From the IMG/VR virus record IMGVR_UViG_3300012971_000068, positions 1 through 29,078 of that record: a stretch of 29,078 nucleotides of DNA. One strand, given 5' to 3'. The notes under the pieces were generated by a model that was given only the letters and a program-made list of their open reading frames with translations, was not told the DNA's origin and made no database searches. Made by a program: the position numbers and the translations under genes. Positions 9,031 to 17,555 of this stretch are shown one piece after another (the first letter of the stretch is position 1; the number at the start of each line of letters is the position of its first letter). This DNA is from a virus. Taxonomy: Duplodnaviria > Caudoviricetes.

Positions 9031-9062
9031 TTGGCAATCCCTTGGAGATATAGGGATGCCGA
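9031..9062 (+). promoter_or_regulatory. Hairpin enclosing capsid RBS and start codon
   Basis: TTGGC(A)ATCCCT-tggagatat-AGGGATGCCGA: GGAG sits in the loop and ATG 9056-9058 is in the 3' stem. Confidence 0.45.
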
Positions 9063-10420
9063 GCAATAAGAAGCAGCTGGAGGAAGTCCTTCAGCTGGTC
9101 AAGCGGTCCAACGATGAGGTCGAAGCTCTCAAGGCAGAGGGCAAGCAGAATAGCGAGAAGCTCGAAGGCATCGTCAAGGACCTGTTCGAGAAGCGCCGTG
9201 CGGCGATGGACGAGGACCTCGTCAATCGGTTCCGCAAGGGCGAGCATCTCACCGAAATGACGGGCCCCATCGGTGGCGATGCTGGCGATGGAAGCAGCCC
9301 TGTCATCGTCCAGAAGAGCGCGGACAACAACGTCCGTCGTCTTCAGGAGTTCAACGATGACGTGTACGTGCTGAGCAAGATGCTCCGCGTGCACCCCACG
9401 CAGACCAAGATGTGGAAGAAGAACCAGGCTGCGGTGGGTGAACTCCGCAAGGCGGTCAACGTCGCCACGACCACGCAGGGCGGCAACTGGGTTCCGGTTG
9501 AGCTCTCGGCGGACGTGATCGACAAGTTCCGTCTTGCCCTCAAGGTCGGCGCGCTGTTCAAGCGCATCCAGATGCCGACGAACCCCTATGACGTCCCCGT
9601 CGTCTCGGCGGACGCCACCCCGAAGCTGGTGTCGGAGTCCACGGTGGATTCGGCCAGCAAGTTCACGGCGAGCACCCCCACGACCCGCAAGCTGCGCCTC
9701 ACGGCCCAGAAGCTGGTCACGCGGACGGTGTTCAGCGAGGAAGCCACGGAGGACATGGTCACGCCGGTCCTGCCCTGGTTGAAGGACAACCTCGCGATCT
9801 CGATGGCCCGTGGCTTCGAGAATGCCCTGGTGAACGGAGACTTCACCAGCGTCGTCCACATGGATTCTGACTCCAACGCTTCCGACAACGTTGTCAAGGC
9901 GTATGACGGAATCCGCCGCACGGCCAAGACCAACGGCGTTGCGGGCGTGGACATGGGCTCCACCAACTTCACGACTGCGAACATGCGCACCGTCCGTTCG
10001 CAGCTGGGCAAGTACGGGGTGGACCCCAAGTCTCTGGTCTGGATCTGCGGACCGAAGGCTTACCAGAAGCTGCTCGGTCTGGCGGAAGTCATCACGATGG
10101 AGAAGTACGGCACGGCTGCGACCATCGTGACCGGCGAACTGGCGCGTATCGACGGTATCCCCGTCGTCGTGTCCGAGTTCGTCCGCGAAGACCTCAACGC
10201 TTCGGGCTACTACGATTCGACCGTTGCCACGAAGACGGAGATGCTCCTGTGCTGGACTCCGGGCTTCTGGATCGGTGATCGTCGCCTGATGACGCTGAAG
10301 ACCTTCGAGGACATCCAGGTGGACCAGACCATCCTCGTGACGACCATGCGCGCTGCCCTCGGCACGCCGTATGATCCCACGACGGAGAGCATGGTCAGCT
10401 TCGGATTCAACATCGCGTAA
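9056..10420 (+). CDS. Major capsid protein, HK97 fold, with cleavable N-terminal delta domain
   Basis: Coiled-coil N-terminus, then ELRK|AVNVATTTQGGNWVPVELS, LTAQKL...FSEE..ED, ENALVNGD, RIDGIPVVVSE and IGDRR. Very strong codon bias. ATG 9056 has a GGAG RBS. Confidence 0.95.
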   Translation: MPSNKKQLEEVLQLVKRSNDEVEALKAEGKQNSEKLEGIVKDLFEKRRAAMDEDLVNRFRKGEHLTEMTGPIGGDAGDGSSPVIVQKSADNNVRRLQEFNDDVYVLSKMLRVHPTQTKMWKKNQAAVGELRKAVNVATTTQGGNWVPVELSADVIDKFRLALKVGALFKRIQMPTNPYDVPVVSADATPKLVSESTVDSASKFTASTPTTRKLRLTAQKLVTRTVFSEEATEDMVTPVLPWLKDNLAISMARGFENALVNGDFTSVVHMDSDSNASDNVVKAYDGIRRTAKTNGVAGVDMGSTNFTTANMRTVRSQLGKYGVDPKSLVWICGPKAYQKLLGLAEVITMEKYGTAATIVTGELARIDGIPVVVSEFVREDLNASGYYDSTVATKTEMLLCWTPGFWIGDRRLMTLKTFEDIQVDQTILVTTMRAALGTPYDPTTESMVSFGFNIA

Positions 10421-10427
10421 CCAAGTC

Positions 10428-10468
10428 GGGGAGCAGGGGTGAAATATCCCCTGCTCCCCTTCGGGGGA
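10428..10468 (+). promoter_or_regulatory. Post-capsid 12-bp GC hairpin overlapping an alternative cUUCGg hairpin
   Basis: GGGGAGCAGGGG-tgaaatat-CCCCTGCTCCCC (10428-10459) overlaps TCCCC-TTCG-GGGGA (10455-10468). There is no U-tract. Confidence 0.6.
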
Positions 10469-10471
10469 TTA

Positions 10472-11191
10472 ATGCCAGACCTGTGGGCTTGCCTGAACAT
10501 CTACCAGGAGGAGCAGCTGCTCCCCGAATGCATAGAGTCCATCCGCAAGTACAATCCTGAGGCCAAGATTGTAGCTGTGGATGGAGCCTATCAGTCCTGG
10601 GTTGACGAGAATAAAAAGCTCTGCGGACTTGAGCAGAGTTTTGGGCACTACCAAGTCACCGATGCGATGGTGAGGTTTACGAGTCCTCAGTCAACCGACA
10701 AGACTCTTGAAATCCTCCGGGACTTTAAGGTGGACGTGATCATCGAGTGCGAGAAAGATGAGCACGGGAATTACAAGCCCTGGGAACACGAGTACACCAA
10801 GCGGAGCCGGTACTTTGTTGGGAAGCCTGGGGACTACTACCTGGTCATTGATGGTGACGAGCGGCCCGAGAAAAGACTTGACTGGGAGAAGCTGACGGCC
10901 CCCTGCTACAACGTCATCCTCAAGAGGGACGAAGAGCATTACCGTCCCTACCCGATCATGCGTGTTCATAAACACGTTGATGGGATGAAGTATTTTGGGG
11001 CCCATCATGTTCTCTGGTACGGGGACGTGATGTGGCGCAAAGAGATGTGTGAGGATCTTGACTACGCTTTGTTCCATCGGTTCACGTATCGGGCGGTGCG
11101 GGATCCCCTGCGCCATCTTGCGAAGACGGCCTACTATCGCAATCTGACAAGCAGCGAAGAGGGGCCCTTCCGGAGGCAGCATGGGTTTTGA
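10472..11191 (+). CDS. GT-A fold (GT2-like) glycosyltransferase
   Basis: ACLNIYQEEQLLPECIESI, IVAVDG, STDKTLEIL, and DxD-type YLVIDGDE. ATG 10472 follows the GGGGGA RBS; the track's start at 10439 lies within the hairpin. Confidence 0.82.
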   Translation: MPDLWACLNIYQEEQLLPECIESIRKYNPEAKIVAVDGAYQSWVDENKKLCGLEQSFGHYQVTDAMVRFTSPQSTDKTLEILRDFKVDVIIECEKDEHGNYKPWEHEYTKRSRYFVGKPGDYYLVIDGDERPEKRLDWEKLTAPCYNVILKRDEEHYRPYPIMRVHKHVDGMKYFGAHHVLWYGDVMWRKEMCEDLDYALFHRFTYRAVRDPLRHLAKTAYYRNLTSSEEGPFRRQHGF

Positions 11192-11705
11192 AATAAAAAT
11201 CACGGGCGACAAGGAAGTCTTTGACAGGCTGAAGAGGCTGCGAGACATTTGGAAGAGCGAAGCCCTGCGGCGTGTCCTGGAAGACTCCAAGAATCGGATG
11301 GCCTTCATTGCGAACCGGATGGCGCCAAAGAGAAGCCGGGAGCTTGCAACGAGTATCATGCAGGCAAGTCGCGTTGAAGGCTTTGGCACCAAGAGTGTTT
11401 CAATCCGAGTTGGAACCCCGCTGCTGTACGGGCTGTATCAGGAGAAAGGCACGAAGCCGAGAACATATGGGCCGGAAGTCAGACAAGTCATGTTCTGGAC
11501 GGACTACGACAGCCCCCAAAAAAGACTCTTCTTCACGACCCCGGGTGGAGCGCGGAAACGTGTTGGTGCCGTGTTCCATTTTGCCAAGATCGTTGATCAC
11601 CCGGGTAATCCGCCCCATCCTTTCATCCGGCCAGCCGCTGAGATCGTGAAGCCGATGCTGATGAAGGCCGTCAAGAGACTCATTACTAAGGCGGGAGGGA
11701 AATAA
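11181..11705 (+). CDS. HK97 gp10-like neck/tail-completion protein
   Basis: APKRSRELATSI, VGT...YGLYQEKGT, HPGNPPHPFIRPA. Basic protein. Confidence 0.85.
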   Translation: MGFEIKITGDKEVFDRLKRLRDIWKSEALRRVLEDSKNRMAFIANRMAPKRSRELATSIMQASRVEGFGTKSVSIRVGTPLLYGLYQEKGTKPRTYGPEVRQVMFWTDYDSPQKRLFFTTPGGARKRVGAVFHFAKIVDHPGNPPHPFIRPAAEIVKPMLMKAVKRLITKAGGK

Positions 11706-12307
11706 TGTCGAGCCTCCTGACAAGTCTCGCAAACGTCAAAGAATACCTGAAGATCCCGACTCTGACGACGACCTATGACGCCCTTCTGACAAACCTCGTC
11801 AAGAGATCGGGGGCCCTCCTCGAGAAGTACATGGGCCGGACGATCCTTCAGGCAACCTACACGGAGTATTATGACGGCGACGGGAAGACCAAGCTGCTCC
11901 TGAATCAGTGGCCGATTATCTCGGTCACGGAACTAAACATGGACAATAGCCGTCTGTTCTTGACGGCAACGCAGATCCAGCCGAGTGACTACGTGATCTG
12001 GAACAATGTTGGTTACCTTGAGCTGCTGAAGCCTCTCGATTATCTCTCAGGAATCGAGACGGCCTATGGTAGGTTCTTCATCCATGGGCAGCAGAACATC
12101 AAGGTCACGTATGCGGCTGGTTATGCGACGGTCCCGGATGATGTTGAACAGGCGTCGATCATTCACGTTGCGTACCTCTATAACAAGGCCGGCAGTGAAG
12201 GCCATATCTCGATGAGCCTTGGCGGACTTGCGAAGAGCTACGACCGGCGGGCGATCCCGGATGAGGTTGCGATGTACCTGGAACCTTATCGGAGGCGTCC
12301 AGTCTAA
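11705..12307 (+). CDS. Head-tail adaptor (HK97 gp6/SPP1 gp15-like)
   Basis: LTSLANVKEYLKI...DALLTNLV...LEKYMGR, YDGDG, WPIISV, IKVTYAAGY..VPDDVEQA, and C-terminal LEPYRR. Confidence 0.88.
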   Translation: MSSLLTSLANVKEYLKIPTLTTTYDALLTNLVKRSGALLEKYMGRTILQATYTEYYDGDGKTKLLLNQWPIISVTELNMDNSRLFLTATQIQPSDYVIWNNVGYLELLKPLDYLSGIETAYGRFFIHGQQNIKVTYAAGYATVPDDVEQASIIHVAYLYNKAGSEGHISMSLGGLAKSYDRRAIPDEVAMYLEPYRRRPV

Positions 12308-12669
12308 TGTTCGACAATATCCGCGCCATGTTGGTTGACACTTGCGACATCCAGAGGCCGTCTGTCGCAATCGACAAGGCGACTATTCAGGATCGGAGAG
12401 TCCCGCAGTATACGACAGTTGGGTCAAGCGTTCAATGCTGGTTTGAACCGTCTGCGACTGAATACAAGTTCAATCAGCAAGTTGGGCAGGTCCCGGTTCG
12501 CCGGTCGACCGTCTACTTTGCGGGCCAGACAGACCTGAAAGAAGGGGACCGGCTCAAGAACCTGAAAGAGGGGACGTATTGGCTGGTTGAGGACGTGATG
12601 GACTACACCAGTCAGGGCTTCCATATGTATGCCATGGTTCGGCTCCATAACGTGGCGATGGGAACTTAA
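12307..12669 (+). CDS. Head closure/stopper protein (SPP1 gp16-like)
   Basis: 120 aa, beta-rich, DLKEGDRL...YWLVEDV pattern, positioned after the adaptor. Confidence 0.7.
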   Translation: MFDNIRAMLVDTCDIQRPSVAIDKATIQDRRVPQYTTVGSSVQCWFEPSATEYKFNQQVGQVPVRRSTVYFAGQTDLKEGDRLKNLKEGTYWLVEDVMDYTSQGFHMYAMVRLHNVAMGT

Positions 12670-13164
12670 ATGACCCAGAGACTCCACGCAAACGAGATTC
12701 TTGACGAGATTCTGAACGTCTTTGAGAGCAATCTGAAGACGGCCCTGAATCTCCAAGGAGTCTATCGGGGAACGCTTGCGTGGCTTCCTCCAAGCGATAT
12801 GGCCCAGATGGTCAACGGGATCTGGGTTGAACTGCTTGAGAGTTCCGAGATCAAAGACGTTGCGATGCCGAAGGGCATCACGGTGACGTACCGGATTCGC
12901 TGCCTGTTCGTCCGGAGAATCGACGTCAGCAACAACGTTTCAAAGCAGAGGATTGCGGATGCGGAGCAGATGATCGAAACGATCTTCAACAATTATCTGC
13001 TCGGCACGATCAACCCTCCGCTTTCAAACGGGCAGGTGCTCTGGTGGCTGCCAAAACTGATCGAGTGGTATCCGCCTGAGAACGATTTTGTTGAAGGCTT
13101 GAGTTCGGATCTTTCGGCAATCGCTTGTAACACGGAACTTGAAGTGAGGACCAACTTCCGGTAA
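12670..13164 (+). CDS. Putative tail terminator
   Basis: Size, an N-terminal amphipathic helix and position just before the tail tube gene. No specific motif recognised. Confidence 0.6.
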   Translation: MTQRLHANEILDEILNVFESNLKTALNLQGVYRGTLAWLPPSDMAQMVNGIWVELLESSEIKDVAMPKGITVTYRIRCLFVRRIDVSNNVSKQRIADAEQMIETIFNNYLLGTINPPLSNGQVLWWLPKLIEWYPPENDFVEGLSSDLSAIACNTELEVRTNFR

Positions 13165-13176
13165 AGGAGATTTGAT

Positions 13177-14166
13177 ATGGGCGTCGGCGTAGGACTTACT
13201 GGATTTCTGGGCTTCGGGAAAGAGTCCGTGTACGGGACTCCCGTTGCCCGCACGGACTTCCTTGAAATCAACTCAGAAGCCATTGAAACCCAGGAGAAGG
13301 TTGTCGAGTCTGCTGCTCTAGCGCAGGTCGGCATCCGGACAACGAGGAGAGCGCAGGGCGCTGTTTCTGTTCAGGGAACCTTCGACTACGACGCGGGCTA
13401 CAGCGGCTGGGAACGTCTCATGACGCAGACGATGGGGTCGATCAGTTCGGCCCGTCCTGACGTCACGAATGCCCCGACCGTCTGGGATCATACCATCGGA
13501 ATTGCGGACATCCTTCCGACTGGCATGACCTTCGAAGTGTTCCGTGGAACGGAAACGTTCGTGACGGAGCCTAACAAGTCGTTCGTGTACTCGGGCTGCC
13601 AGATCACGCAGGTCCAGCTTTCGTGCAAGGTGGACGACCTTCTCAAGGTTCAGTTCTCCATGTTCGGAATGCAGGAAGCGCGCCAGGCGAAGAGCACCCC
13701 GACGTATCCGACCGATCCGCTGGCCGTCTTCACGCAGGGCCTGTGCACCTGGAACAACAACGACGTGAGCTGCGAAAACTTCCAGATCACCTTCAACAAC
13801 GATCTGGAACAGCGCTTCAAGCTCGGCTCGAGGTTCACGAGACAGCCGACACGCCGCGGCAAGCTGTCGGTCGAGATCATGTTCGAGGCTGAGTTCACGC
13901 AGTGGGCCGAATACGACGACTTCCGCAACGCGACGCAGCGTGCGTTCGTCGCTCAGTTCATCGGGCCCTCGATTGCGGGCACGGGCTTCTTCCGACAGAT
14001 CACGCTGACGATCCCCATCGGCATCATCATTGCGCATAAGGTGATGCTGAAGCAGCCCGGACGCCTCATCATGCAGATCACCGCGAAGGCGTACCGCGAT
14101 GGACTCGGGACGAACGAGCTGGCGGTTGTCTTCCGGAACACGACAACGGCGAGCTTGGTCAACTAA
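13177..14166 (+). CDS. Major tail tube protein
   Basis: LGFGKESVYGTPV N-terminus, YSGCQIT..LSC and ITFNNDLE, typical of siphovirus tube proteins. AAGGAG RBS, high-expression codon bias. No sheath gene present. Confidence 0.88.
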   Translation: MGVGVGLTGFLGFGKESVYGTPVARTDFLEINSEAIETQEKVVESAALAQVGIRTTRRAQGAVSVQGTFDYDAGYSGWERLMTQTMGSISSARPDVTNAPTVWDHTIGIADILPTGMTFEVFRGTETFVTEPNKSFVYSGCQITQVQLSCKVDDLLKVQFSMFGMQEARQAKSTPTYPTDPLAVFTQGLCTWNNNDVSCENFQITFNNDLEQRFKLGSRFTRQPTRRGKLSVEIMFEAEFTQWAEYDDFRNATQRAFVAQFIGPSIAGTGFFRQITLTIPIGIIIAHKVMLKQPGRLIMQITAKAYRDGLGTNELAVVFRNTTTASLVN

Positions 14167-14203
14167 GAAACCGTTGATTGAATGATTACAAGGAGAAAAC
14201 TAT

Positions 14204-14677
14204 ATGGAAGCCAATCCTCTGATCACCCCGGAGGCAAAGACCCTCATCACCGGGGAAGCCCCAGTCTCTGAGGAAAAGATCACCCTGAAAAGCGAGGATG
14301 GGGCTGAGTATGAGCCCTGCCCCCTGAGTCTTCGGGACATGATCGACTTCGAAGAGGAGATGGGGATCAGCCTCCTGTTTGCCGTCAAGAATGTCCTATC
14401 GGCAAAGCACCTCGTTGAAGTTGCCTACCTCTCCGCGAGGCGAAGCGGACAGACCAAGAAGCAGATCCTGAATGGCGAGTACCGCATCTCACGAGATGCA
14501 TTCCTGGAGTCCTTTGGCTTTGACTTCTTTGCGAAGGGTGGCTCCGAGTACACGGTCCAAGTCCTCAAGCTCTGCGGAGTGTTGAAGGATAAGGAAAACC
14601 CTCCGAAGCAGGTCAACCCGACAAACGAGCAGGGCAAGTCGGCTGGCACGAAAGAAACGCCCGCAAGCGGCCAGTAG
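14204..14677 (+). CDS. Tail assembly chaperone (gpG-like)
   Basis: Lies between tube and tape measure. AAGGAG RBS. Contains slippery heptamer at ...ENP. Confidence 0.85.
   Translation: MEANPLITPEAKTLITGEAPVSEEKITLKSEDGAEYEPCPLSLRDMIDFEEEMGISLLFAVKNVLSAKHLVEVAYLSARRSGQTKKQILNGEYRISRDAFLESFGFDFFAKGGSEYTVQVLKLCGVLKDKENPPKQVNPTNEQGKSAGTKETPASGQ
14596..14602 (+). other. Programmed -1 frameshift site A AAC CCT
   Basis: X XXY YYZ heptamer in the correct phase (GAA AAC CCT). The -1 frame stays open to TAA 14896-14898. Confidence 0.8.
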
Positions 14678-14898
14678 ACTGGGTTGACCTGTATAGGTCC
14701 TTTCATGAGATTGGACTTGTACATAGCCCGGAGGAGTTTGGTGAGCTAACCCTTCCTCAGATTCTCATGGTAACAAAGTACGAACACGACAAGGTTGAAC
14801 TTGAGCTCCTGAACGAAAAGCTAGCAAAAGAGATGGCCGAGAGAAACAAGGAACCTGGCAACCCGCCGATCAAGCTCCAGCTTGATGTGAGGGAGTAA
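14602..14898 (+). CDS. gpT-like frameshifted extension of tail chaperone (not in ORF track)
   Basis: The -1 frame reads SEAGQPDKR...DWVDLYRSFHEIGLVHSPEEFGELTLPQILMV...DVRE*, with the P-x-EF-x-x-LT-x-x-Q pattern of gpT-like regions. Its stop overlaps the TMP ATG (TAATG). Confidence 0.78.
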   Translation, partial: SEAGQPDKRAGQVGWHERNARKRPVDWVDLYRSFHEIGLVHSPEEFGELTLPQILMVTKYEHDKVELELLNEKLAKEMAERNKEPGNPPIKLQLDVRE

Positions 14899-17555
14899 TG
14901 TCAGACGACGCAATTTCAGTCCTCGTAACCCTGAAGGATGAATTCACCGAGTCCGCAAATCGGGTCAGCGCTGCCGTTGACCGGATGAAGGAGTCCCTCG
15001 GGGAAGTTGTCGACCGGAGCAAAGAGGTTGCGAAGACCTTCGGGAAGGAACTCCAGAGCACCTTCGACACGACTGCCAAATACGCGGGCTACGTTGGGAC
15101 GGCCCTTGTCGGTGCCTTCGGGCTGATGGCCCGCGAAGTCCTTCACGAATCCCAAGAACTCGTTCATCTCAACGAGATCACCGGCATCTCCATCGAGCGC
15201 CTTCAGGAACTTGGACTTGCTGCTCAGACTCACGGCTCGAGTCTTGAGGGGATGGCCCAGGGCTTGCGTCGCCTGTCAATGATGGCAACCCAGGCCGCCG
15301 AAGGATCGGCAAGGGCCGAAAAAGCCTTCCAGAAGCTCGGCGTCAACATCTACGACTCAAACGGCAACCTGAAGGAGACGAACGAACTCTTCAACGATGT
15401 TGCGAATGGCTTCTCGAGAGTCGAGGGTCATACCGAGAAAGCTGCACTTGCGATGGAACTGTTCGGGCGGGCGGGGCAGAATCTCCTCCCGGTCCTCGAG
15501 CAGGGAACGGCGGGCTTCGACAAGATCGGCAAAGTTGGCCGGGAACTCGGCATCATCATGAGCAAGGAGTCCGTCGAAGCCTCCAATGCCCTCAAGAATG
15601 AGTTTGCTCTCCTTACTCAGGTTGGAAAGAGTCTTGTCTCTGAGGCTCTCGAGAAAATCGAAGAGCATATGCCCGACATCATTGACTTCTTTGTGACGAT
15701 GGCAAAGGCTGTCAATGGTGGCAAGATGGAGTTCAAGAACCTCCTGACGGATCTGGCCGCAGGAGCGGGCGTCATCTCTGGGCTTGCGACGAACCTCAAG
15801 GAAGCCTGGAAGATGATGAAGGGCGACATGTCCGGAATGGACAACGTCAAGACAATCGGAGAACTCTGGAAGAAGGCCCAGGAGGAGACTGCTGCGGGTC
15901 ATGCGGAGAACCAGAAGCAATATAAAGAGGAACAGCTACTCCTTGATGAGCTTGGTGGGAAGCTGAAGAAGGCCGTTGCTGTCATCCGGGGAATGGGGGA
16001 CGAAGCAAAGAAGACGGGCGAAAACATCCAGCAGATGCTTGACCCGGCGTTGAAGCTCCTCGACAGCCAAGACGCCGCAATGGACAAGTACCAGAAGACC
16101 GGGGACGCTGCCGAATACTACAAAGAGAACGTCAAGCTTGCGAAGGAAGCCCTTGACGCCTATGCCCGGAGTCTTCCGCCTTGGATCGTCCTGATGAACG
16201 ACGGGACGGAGGCGGGCGAAAAGAAGAGGAAGATGCTTGCAGAACTTCGCGGGGACTATGAAACCGCGAAGGAGGCCGAGGCCAACTACACCAAAGAACA
16301 GCAGGACGCAAAGAAGGAGCTTGAAGAATTCCAGCACATGCTGGTCGAGGGCCGGAACCTCGCAGAGAAGTATGGGCTTGCCCTTAATGACCTTGACCTG
16401 GTGAACCTTGCCAATGAGGCTCAGGCAACCGGCAAGTCCATGCAGGAAATGTTCCGGGCGATGGAGGAAGCGAAGAATTCAACCTTCCTTGGCGGACTCG
16501 ACAGTGCCCTTCAGGAACTCCAGAAAAAGCTGGTTGACATGAAGGGGCTCTTCATGAGCCTCTTCAATTCAATCGAAGGCGGCCTGTCAAACGCCTTTGA
16601 GAAAATCCTGGAGTCTGGCGGCAAGTGGAAGGATGCCATGAAGGGCCTGTTCGATGACATCAAGAAGGCATTCTTCAAGATGATCTCGGACATGCTCGCA
16701 AAAGAGATCATGGCAAACCTCCTTGGAGTCGGTGGAGGAGGGGGCGGGCTCGGAAGTTTTGGAGGAGGCGGGGGAGGCGGGGGCGGTGGAGGAGGGCTGC
16801 TCGGCGCTGCGGGCGGGCTTGCCGGTGGCGCTGCGAGCCTCTTTGGAGCGGGTGGTGCGAGCGGAGCAAAGAATATCTCCGACATGAGCACCGAAGAACT
16901 CGCAAAGGCAGGAATGCTGAATTCTTCAGGCGAAGCTGCCTCAGGCTTCAGCCTTGGAAGTGCCCTTGGCGCTGTTGGAATGGGCGTTGCCGGGGCCGGG
17001 ATGGCAGTCGGCGGATACAAGTCTGGCAATATCGGTCAGACGGTTGCGGGCGGTGCTATTGCGGGCGCTGCGATTGGGTCTGTGATCCCTGGCCTTGGAA
17101 CGGTTGCGGGCGCCGTGATTGGCGCGGTTGTCGGGGCGGTTGCCGGCTTTATTGGCAATCGTTCCAAGAAAAGACGCGAAGCCGCAAAGAAACGGGCCGA
17201 ATACGCTGAAGCCAAGGCCATCGTTGAGCAGCAGATCGAGAATCAATATGGCGGCGGGCTTGCCCTCGAGGAGCAGACCGATCAGATCAGCAAGCTCCTG
17301 AGCCACGGGATCAGCAACAAGGAAATTGATCAGCTTGGCGGACGCCGGGCAATCATCAATAGCTACAAGGCGGGACATCCGGTTGGACCCGGAGCGGGTG
17401 GCGGGACGACTCCCGGGAATACCGTCAACGTTGGCGCTCCGAACATCAGCGTGACGGTTGGAAGCATCGGGAATAACTATGAGGCAGCCCAGCTTGCTCA
17501 GGACCTTGGCTATCATCTTGTGAACACGATTCACGCGGCGGGGGCTGGTTCATAA
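14898..17555 (+). CDS. Tape measure protein
   Basis: 885 aa, helical and Ala-rich, with TGISIERLQEL, AFQKLGV and AMELFGRAG..LLPVL motifs and a Gly-rich hydrophobic C-terminal part. Follows the chaperone. Confidence 0.93.
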   Translation: MSDDAISVLVTLKDEFTESANRVSAAVDRMKESLGEVVDRSKEVAKTFGKELQSTFDTTAKYAGYVGTALVGAFGLMAREVLHESQELVHLNEITGISIERLQELGLAAQTHGSSLEGMAQGLRRLSMMATQAAEGSARAEKAFQKLGVNIYDSNGNLKETNELFNDVANGFSRVEGHTEKAALAMELFGRAGQNLLPVLEQGTAGFDKIGKVGRELGIIMSKESVEASNALKNEFALLTQVGKSLVSEALEKIEEHMPDIIDFFVTMAKAVNGGKMEFKNLLTDLAAGAGVISGLATNLKEAWKMMKGDMSGMDNVKTIGELWKKAQEETAAGHAENQKQYKEEQLLLDELGGKLKKAVAVIRGMGDEAKKTGENIQQMLDPALKLLDSQDAAMDKYQKTGDAAEYYKENVKLAKEALDAYARSLPPWIVLMNDGTEAGEKKRKMLAELRGDYETAKEAEANYTKEQQDAKKELEEFQHMLVEGRNLAEKYGLALNDLDLVNLANEAQATGKSMQEMFRAMEEAKNSTFLGGLDSALQELQKKLVDMKGLFMSLFNSIEGGLSNAFEKILESGGKWKDAMKGLFDDIKKAFFKMISDMLAKEIMANLLGVGGGGGGLGSFGGGGGGGGGGGGLLGAAGGLAGGAASLFGAGGASGAKNISDMSTEELAKAGMLNSSGEAASGFSLGSALGAVGMGVAGAGMAVGGYKSGNIGQTVAGGAIAGAAIGSVIPGLGTVAGAVIGAVVGAVAGFIGNRSKKRREAAKKRAEYAEAKAIVEQQIENQYGGGLALEEQTDQISKLLSHGISNKEIDQLGGRRAIINSYKAGHPVGPGAGGGTTPGNTVNVGAPNISVTVGSIGNNYEAAQLAQDLGYHLVNTIHAAGAGS

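Noticed and set aside
16730-16800. G-rich tract as G-quadruplex or contingency repeat
   Set aside because: Fully explained by mixed Gly codons in a poly-Gly linker; no perfect repeat unit.
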